DNA from: the human T2T-CHM13v2.0 reference genome, Homo sapiens | Direction: 5' to 3' (one strand) | Length of the DNA stretch: 64,000 bases | Assembly (NCBI RefSeq): GCF_009914755.1 | Contig: NC_060937.1 | Part shown: piece by piece, positions 56,900-64,000 of the stretch | Numbering within the stretch: position 1 is the first letter of the stretch | How the letters are laid out: each line of letters begins with the position of its first letter | The notes under the pieces: model-generated | The model's input: only the letters and a program-made list of their open reading frames with translations | What the model was told of the DNA's origin: nothing | Database searches by the model: none | Made by a program: the position numbers and the translations under genes

Positions 56900-57609
56900 T
56901 GAACCTGCCTTTGCAAAATTATGATGGTAACATAAATCTGAGGTAGTTGACTCCATCTTGCTTCTAACCTCCAAAGCTGTCCTTGGTCATTCTTAGGGGT
57001 AGGCCAAGCTAACTTTGGGAGAAATTTAGTTGATAGTTTAACCTTAAAGCGAGGATAATAATTAAAAGTCCAAAAAGTTAGGGTTATCAGAGGGGCCTGA
57101 ATTCTGCCACTATGTAGCAGAATGTATGTAGGCATAGTTAAATGACAACCAGCCATTGTTCCAGAGGTTGCAAGATTTGTAACACCCCCACTTACGTCTG
57201 CAGATAACACCACTGACGTAAGACCTAAGATTAGCTTTTTGAGGTGTCTTTTCAGATGCTGGTATTCCTGACAACTAGCTAACCCCACCTGGACTCATGG
57301 CTCATGACTCAACTGGTCCTGGGACTCTACCCAGAGGTGGACTCAGGGCACAAGGACGATTTTCCACACCCTCATGATTGCATCCTCAACCAATCAGCAG
57401 CACTCATTCCCTAGTCCCCTGCCCACCAAATTATCCTTGGAAAACCTTAACCTCTGAGCCTTCAGGGAGAGTAATATGAGTAATAACTCTGTCTCCTGCA
57501 AGTCCTAGCTGGACTTGCACAAATTAAACTTTTTCTTTACTGCAATGCCATGGCCTCAGTGAATTGGCTTTGCCTTGCAGTGTGCAGGAAGAACCTGCAG
57601 ACAATTACA
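56900..57609 (+). mobile_element. LTR8-family (LTR8A/B-like) ERV1 solo LTR
   Basis: TGAACCTGCCTTTGCAAAATTATGA..gactccatcttgcttctaacctcc..gctaactttgggag; ends caattaCA. Confidence 0.85.
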
Positions 57610-57822
57610 ACAACAAGAAGACATTTTAGTATCTCTTCAAGTGTAGCTGCTCTGAGGACTAGCATGTCAAAATGGATGGTACCTTATTATATATCACTTT
57701 CCAACTTTTCCTTCAATATACAGTTAAGGCACTCATACTGATTTTTAAAAGTTATATATGTAGGCAGTTCATATTATCTTTAAATTTCATTCCACAGATG
57801 ACAGAAAGCACGTTTTATTATT

Positions 57823-58125
<303 letters not shown>

Positions 58126-59389
58126 TTATTATTAACAGGGAGCATTGAGTCTGCCAAGATTAAGAGCCAACTGTTCTGGGTGAGAGGATTTGGGCCTTAC
58201 TCTCTATTATTTACTGTTCCTACCTTCCTCCTGAAGCTCATTTAATAGATAGTTTCTCCTGAGCTCACTGATCTTCCTACCTGTGCTACATATGGACAGA
58301 TCTCCTATGCTTGAGTGTGCTTTAATTTTTCTTCTAGTCTATAGGTAAGAAAGGGGACTACCTCTTGGTCTTGAGAGTGGCCTGCAGAGCATATCTGAGC
58401 TTATTCTTTATTTTGTAAACTGTGAATTTTATCACCTTGCTATTCTTTTCATATATCGTGCAGCTGTTTACTCTCTCTCCAAAGTTAGGAAAAGAATCTC
58501 TGCTTGATTTTCACTTATCCAGCCTCCCTGTTGGCCCACAGCTGCTAAAAAACAAGGTGAGTGGTGCTTAAGTTCAGGCTTGATAAACCACAACTGAGCT
58601 GGACTTTGCACCACTTCACCCTCTACAGCAGTCACTGAATTCCTGCTGGGAGGAAAGTACTATGTGAAGTATTAGTAGATAAGGCTGGGAGGTGCAGAAA
58701 GTTAACTCATATGTGGCCTCACCTCTCAAAGGAATTTATAATCTAGCTGGGAAAAAAATGTTACGCCACAGAGTTAACAATGCAAGAGAAGGCTTTGTTG
58801 CACTGGTTTTAAAACCTATGCTGTTATTTATACAAGACCCTCAGACACTCTCCTGCCCCTATGTCCCTGCCCTCACATGCTGCTTTTCCTTTGGTCAATA
58901 TTGACATTAGTCCAGTGACCAATATTGAAAGGGGACAGGGAGAGATGAGCTGCCTCCAGGTTTAGAAAACAAGATAAACAAATACGAAGAAGGAACTGAA
59001 GTAAGAACTGTATTCAGAGAATAGCAAGTACTTCAGGGTGAGAATAAAGTTGCAGGGAGAGAGGACACTGGGAGATTTGTCAGTAAATACATTTTAAAAA
59101 TGGAAGAAAAGGCAATCTTTAAATGTCTTTACTCCTCCTAATGTTCACACAAAGAAAAAAGTATGAGTATGAATATTCCGTAAACTCTAACATCTTCCCC
59201 AGTAGTGGGGTTCTGTTATTTAGTCACAGTGCAGATCCAGCTAAGAGGAGGCAATCAGCTTGAAGTTAGATAGAGCCCGTGGAACTCAGGGACACAATAA
59301 AGATAGTTTTGAATTAAGTTTAACATTCAGGTCTCTTTTCTAAAAACTAGTATTTTTCCTAATACTTTTAATTTTAATCCCTTACATTT

Positions 59390-59610
59390 CCAACAGTTAA
59401 GCAACACTAGAACCAGACTGTATGGTTTCAACTCCCACCTACTTCACCTAGTAGCTGTGAAAACCCGGGCAAAGTCCCTGCCTCAATTTTCTTGTCTGTA
59501 AAATGGGCACAGTCATAATATCAACACAAAGCGTGCTGTGCGCAATGATATGTATTAGGTACTTAGAATGGAAGTGTGGAATTAGTCCTCAGTAAAAGTC
59601 CTATCGTTAT
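59390..59610 (+). mobile_element. MIR SINE
   Basis: ctagaaccagactg..tagctgtga..gggcaaa..gcctcaattttcttgtctgtaaaatggg. Confidence 0.75.
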
Positions 59611-59779
59611 GACTTAGTGCCCTATATTATCCCCATTCTGAAAAGTTATTTTATCTTTAACATAGATATACATTTCCTTTTACATTAAAGAGTGGAAAAA
59701 CTCAGTCACATGAAAAAAGAGAGCGCAGCCTTGGCACAGATTTTTTTTTTAAGTGGCAATTCTGTGCTTTCGTGATACA

Positions 59780-59798
59780 TGCTGCCACCTGCTGGACC
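59780..59798 (-). promoter_or_regulatory. Strong CTCF-like motif (CCAGCAGGTGGCAGCA)
   Basis: Reverse complement of tgctgccacctgctgg matches the CTCF core CCAS(C/T)AG(A/G)(G/T)GGCRS. Confidence 0.65.
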
Positions 59799-59932
59799 CA
59801 TCAGGAATTGTTCCCATCGCGGGATGTGATTAACATTGCTGTGTTGTTTGACATAATTTTATATTTACGCAAAATAAAGAAAGCTAAATATATTATTCAA
59901 ATCGTTCAAAGAATAGCCATCTGAGCAATTTC

Positions 59933-59950
59933 TGTCACTAGGTGGCACTA
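59933..59950 (+). promoter_or_regulatory. CTCF-like motif (TGTCACTAGGTGGCACTA)
   Basis: One mismatch in the core versus CCACTAGGTGGCACTA. Confidence 0.55.
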
Positions 59951-60909
59951 TTAATAACTGCATGTGATCTTAAGACCCTTGGAAAAGCTACATAGTCGGC
60001 TGCAAGACCCCAGTGTGATGAGGGGCTTCACGGCTTTTAGGATAATGACCATAGACACTCGCTTAGTTACAAATCCACACTTCAGGGGGCATCATAATGA
60101 AACTAGAATGTGAAATAAACGCAGCATTTAAAAGATCGGTTTTCTTTTAAATTAAAAGGAATTTAAATTATTGATATCGTAAACCATTTCTTATTTAGAA
60201 AGGCTTTAGTATAAAATTTTTAAAAATGAATAAAAGAGTAGCTGACACTGAGATTTTAAAAATTAATAATCTCAGAATACTAAGGAAAAATATAAAATGT
60301 ATTTTAAAAATCTTTCATTAGTTCGCCTTAGTTATCAGACTTATGTTTCAGAGTGTGGGATTCTATAGTGGGAGACATGTTTTTGTTAGATAATATTTCT
60401 AAGCTTGGATCCAAAGTCAGAGATAAAAATGCATATGACAGCTCAGAAGATAATGTGGTCGAATTTTATAAAAGATGCATAGAAGACGTAACTCTGCGTG
60501 ATTTAAGAGTACTTAACTCCAAATAGGATCTTAGGACATACGAGATCTCTCATAAGATGAGTACTTAAAGACGTTGAAGTGCCCGTCCCCTGAAGGGGGA
60601 AAATCACGAGTGGTGGGGGTTAGGACACATTTATAAGTGTCATTTATGACAGTGATTAGCTCAAATCTCTTAATAACCACTAGATTACTAAATGCTGGAC
60701 TCTGTCTGGAAGGAACACTAGGCCAAGAACACCAGATGGGAAAATATGGAGTTCCCTCTAGTTGTAGTGTTAAAGCGTTGTGTGTCTGAGCACACTTCAG
60801 CCCCACTGAGGGACTGCGCTGCATCAGGCTCATGTACTGAGTGTCAAGGACCCCACTGAGAGTGATATGAAAGCTACAAAGCTCTTTCCGGAAGAATCCT
60901 GATATCCAT

Positions 60910-61247
60910 CACACACACGCACACACACACATGCACTCACACTCACACACACAGTCACATACACACACAGACCCACTCACACACACACTGAAACACACTG
61001 TCTCAGACACAGACACACACACATACACACACAGACCCCCCACACACACACACACATACACACTGACACGGTCACATACACACACAGACCCACTCACACT
61101 TACAGACTCATACACATACACATACACGCACACATTTACGTACACAGGCACACTCACACAAACACACTAACACTCACACACAGAGACCTACTCACACATA
61201 CTCACACACACATTCTCACACACTCACACACATGCACACACACACCC
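60910..61247. repeat. Degenerate CA-rich tandem/low-complexity region
   Basis: Interrupted (CA)n with a repeated block gtcacatacacacacagacccactcacac. Confidence 0.9.
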
Positions 61248-61951
61248 ACCATTACCAGAGCCCTGAATCTCTTTCTTGGGCCCCTTTAAGGTAAACAATC
61301 CATGAACCATATCACATCTACAGAACTTTCAAATGCTGAAGTTCAAGTGGTAAATTCAGTCTTAAGAAAAAAAATCATGAAGGAATTTGGGAATCAATTA
61401 ATTATACATTATTTCAAAAATGTTAAGAAAATGAACCCAGGTCATAGTTAATACATGCTTATTAATGCACTTAAGAGTCTCAAGATATGACTTCCGGTTA
61501 ACTATCTGAATTTATTCTTCTTTGAGCTAGGGAATGAATTCTTCAAAAACAGTTTTAAAATTTCTGTCTTATATATTACAGAATATTCTAACCTAAGACT
61601 AGTCTAAAGTGCCATTACTCATAAAAAAGAGAATTTATTTGTATTTTCTACATGCAATATAATCACTATAGAATATTATTTTAACATTTGCTTTTTAAAC
61701 TATTGTCAAATTTATGTATATGATATAATATTCATTTTTGGATATAAGTAGAAATCTAAATCAATCCAATAATCAATCATTTTGGCTATTTATCAAGTCT
61801 TGAAATCTAAGCAGAGAAGTATAGAATTTATTTTATAAGTGTTAGGAAAATGCAGAGAAATATCATGAAAAATAAATATTTAGGGTGATTTATCTGGTAG
61901 TGATATGCAAACTGCCAACTGCCCGTGAGGCACTTTTAAAACCCTGGCTTT

Positions 61952-62239
61952 ACTAACGCAGGAACGGAAAACCGAATACCACATGTTCTTACTTATAAGT
62001 GGGAGTTAAATAATGCAAACTCATGGACACATAGAGGGAAACAACACACAGTGGGGTCTAATGGAGGGTGGAGGGTGAGAAGAGGGAGAGGATCAAGACA
62101 ACTAATGGATACTAGGTTTAATACCTGGGTGATGAAATAGTCTGTACAACAAAACCCCATGACACACGTTTATGTATGTAACAAACCTGCACATGTACCC
62201 GTGAACTTAAAATAAAAGTTTTAAATAAATAAATAAATA
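61952..62239 (+). mobile_element. L1PA (older, ~PA13-16-like) 3' end, 5'-truncated
   Basis: catgttcttacttataagtgggag..gtaacaaacctgcacatgtaccc..aacttaaaataaaagtt, then (TAAA)n. Confidence 0.9.
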
Positions 62240-62244
62240 CCTGG

Positions 62245-62615
62245 TGTATTAGTTCTCACGCTGCTATGAAGAAATGCCCAGACTGTGTAATTTATAAAGG
62301 AAAGAGGTTTAATTGACTCACAGTTCCACGTGGCTCGGGAGGCCTCAGGAAACTTACAATCATGGCAGGAGGGGAAGCAAACACGTCCCTCTTCACATGA
62401 TGGCAGGAAGAAGTGCAGAGTGAAGGCTGGGGAAAGCCCCTTATAAAACCATCAGCTCTTGTGAGAACTCACTCATTATCATGAGAACAGCAGCATGGGG
62501 GTAACGGCCTTCATGATTAAATTACCTCCCACCAAATCCCTCCCATGACCTGTGGGGATTATGGGAACTACAATTCAAGATGAGATTTGGGTGGAGACAC
62601 ACCCAAGCCGTATCA
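62245..62615 (-). mobile_element. THE1 (THE1C-like) solo LTR
   Basis: tgtattagt..gaggtttaattgactcacagttccac..gatgagatttgggtgg..tatca; TSD CCTGG at 62240-62244 and 62616-62620. Confidence 0.93.
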
Positions 62616-63640
62616 CCTGGCTTTGAGGTGACTCCACAGCAGGGAAGGAGGTTTCTGGGGCAGCGGGAAGGAAAGAAGCAAGGAGGAGGAAACAGAAGGG
62701 GAGAATACACACGGTCTTGGCAATTGAGAAGCTGGATGACAATTTAAAATAGCTGCATGTATTCCCCACAACAAGGGATGGGGGTCCCACTGGAATACAG
62801 GACACTTTCAAAAGATCAAGTTGATCAAGTTTTCCCACAATCTGCCTTTAAAAACAGGCAGGCTTGAATGCCCAGAACATGGAAAATCACAATAAAATGC
62901 ATGTGAAAAGTAAATAAAGGCGATTGTGGGTGTCCCACCTTTTACAGAGTAACGGCGCTTCCTTTAGTTTCTATGCCCCTTGTCCCGCTTCCTCGGAGCA
63001 CAGCACACTGCCTTACAGCGTGCGTCTCTGTGGGAGGCTTATCACGTGCTCCCTCGTCATCTCCCTAAGGAAGGACTGGTTAAATAGCATGCGACCCAGA
63101 GCTGGGCCACCCAGAAGCTTGCCTTCTCCTTCACAGCCATTCTCATATAATGGTCCAGATTTGGTGTTTGACTCTTGTCCCCACGTTTGTCTGAACTCCT
63201 TACAATACCTGAAAGCTTCAACCTCCTTGTGTCCATGAAAACGGGCATAGAAGACTCGGATGGCTGTCGGAAGAATCAGGCGTCACAGTAATACAAAGCA
63301 CTTAGCCCTTAGCTGCTGGAGAAACCGGGCTCAGGCACATGACCTTACCTATAGCCACACCTGCACATTCAGGTTTCCAGCTGAGAAAAGAGGAGGAAGG
63401 AAAGATGGAAACCGAGCAAGAGCACAGTGACAGAACCTTAGAGCTAGCGGGAGAGTCCAGAAAGTAAACAGTACACAAAGAAGCGCACTGCTTAGCTTTC
63501 GAGGCGAAGGAATCTGCCTTAGGAAGCGAGTAATGTTCCCAGAATTACAACACACATCTGAATTCTTCCAACCCAAGGCTCTTGCCACTGAAAAGGGAAG
63601 AAGAAAGTGAGATGAGGGAAACTTAAAAAAGAGGAGATGA

Positions 63641-63825
63641 GGCCGGGCGCGGTGGCCCACGCCTGTATTCCCAGCACTCTGGGAGGCCGAGGCGGGTGGA
63701 TCACAAGGTCAGGAGATCGAGACCATCCTGGCGAACACGATGAAACCCCGTCTCTACTAAAAATACAAAAAATTAGCCGGGCGCGGTGGCGGGCGCCTGT
63801 AGTCCCAGCTACTCGGGAGGCTGAG
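63641..63825 (+). mobile_element. AluY-lineage element, 3'-truncated (no tail)
   Basis: CpG-rich; gagatcgagaccatcctggc; stops at gggaggctgag. Confidence 0.93.
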
Positions 63826-64000
63826 TAGTTCCAAGGCTTCTCAGCAGTATAAGGAAAGGTCTTTCTATACACATTAATTTTAACTCTGACAACAGCTCTG
63901 CAAGGGAGGGATTACAGTTGAGCAAACTCAAGCTCAGATACTTTAATACCCTATTGGAAGTCAGATAATTTGCAAACTGCTGAGTCAGGCCAGTAATCTA

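Larger units (their letters stand above)
55487..57640 (+). mobile_element. MER20/MER20B-like hAT element, split by nested insertions
   Basis: cagtggctcttgaaggggcggtac (55487-55522), then ggtgctactgacatttt..gtcctgcaac (56781-56899), then acaacaagaa after 57609. Confidence 0.6.

Noticed and set aside
56740-57288. 182-aa minus-strand ORF
   Set aside because: Runs antisense through LTR8 and MER20-like sequence with no protein-like features.
60909-61170. His/Thr- and Val/Cys-rich ORFs (also 8826-9139)
   Set aside because: Translations of CA/TG microsatellites.

Overview
AT-rich primate (human-like) intergenic or intronic DNA. No protein-coding gene, structural RNA gene or CRISPR array is supported. 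The window is mostly transposable-element remnants: about 11 Alu copies or fragments, old L1 pieces, MIR/L2, hAT DNA transposons, and more than a dozen solo LTRs (THE1, MST, MLT1, MLT2A, LTR8, LTR9B-like, MER4-group), several with readable target-site duplications (TSDs). Most of the longer ORFs in the track come from repeats. The most notable non-routine signals: (1) a ~17-copy 49-bp minisatellite with higher-order structure, almost stop-free in all three + frames (51372-52220); (2) a divergent pair of strong CTCF-like motifs (59780-59950); (3) an LTR9B-like solo LTR with three OCT octamers, two in SOX-OCT-like context (24316-24963); (4) a diverged ~135-bp non-tandem duplication flanking an L1/Alu block; (5) a twin-primed inverted L1; (6) a multi-layer nested TE cluster; (7) a near-adjacent inverted Alu pair; (8) candidate micro-exon and recursive splice signals. 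Subfamily names come from my recollection of consensus sequences, not from a database search.
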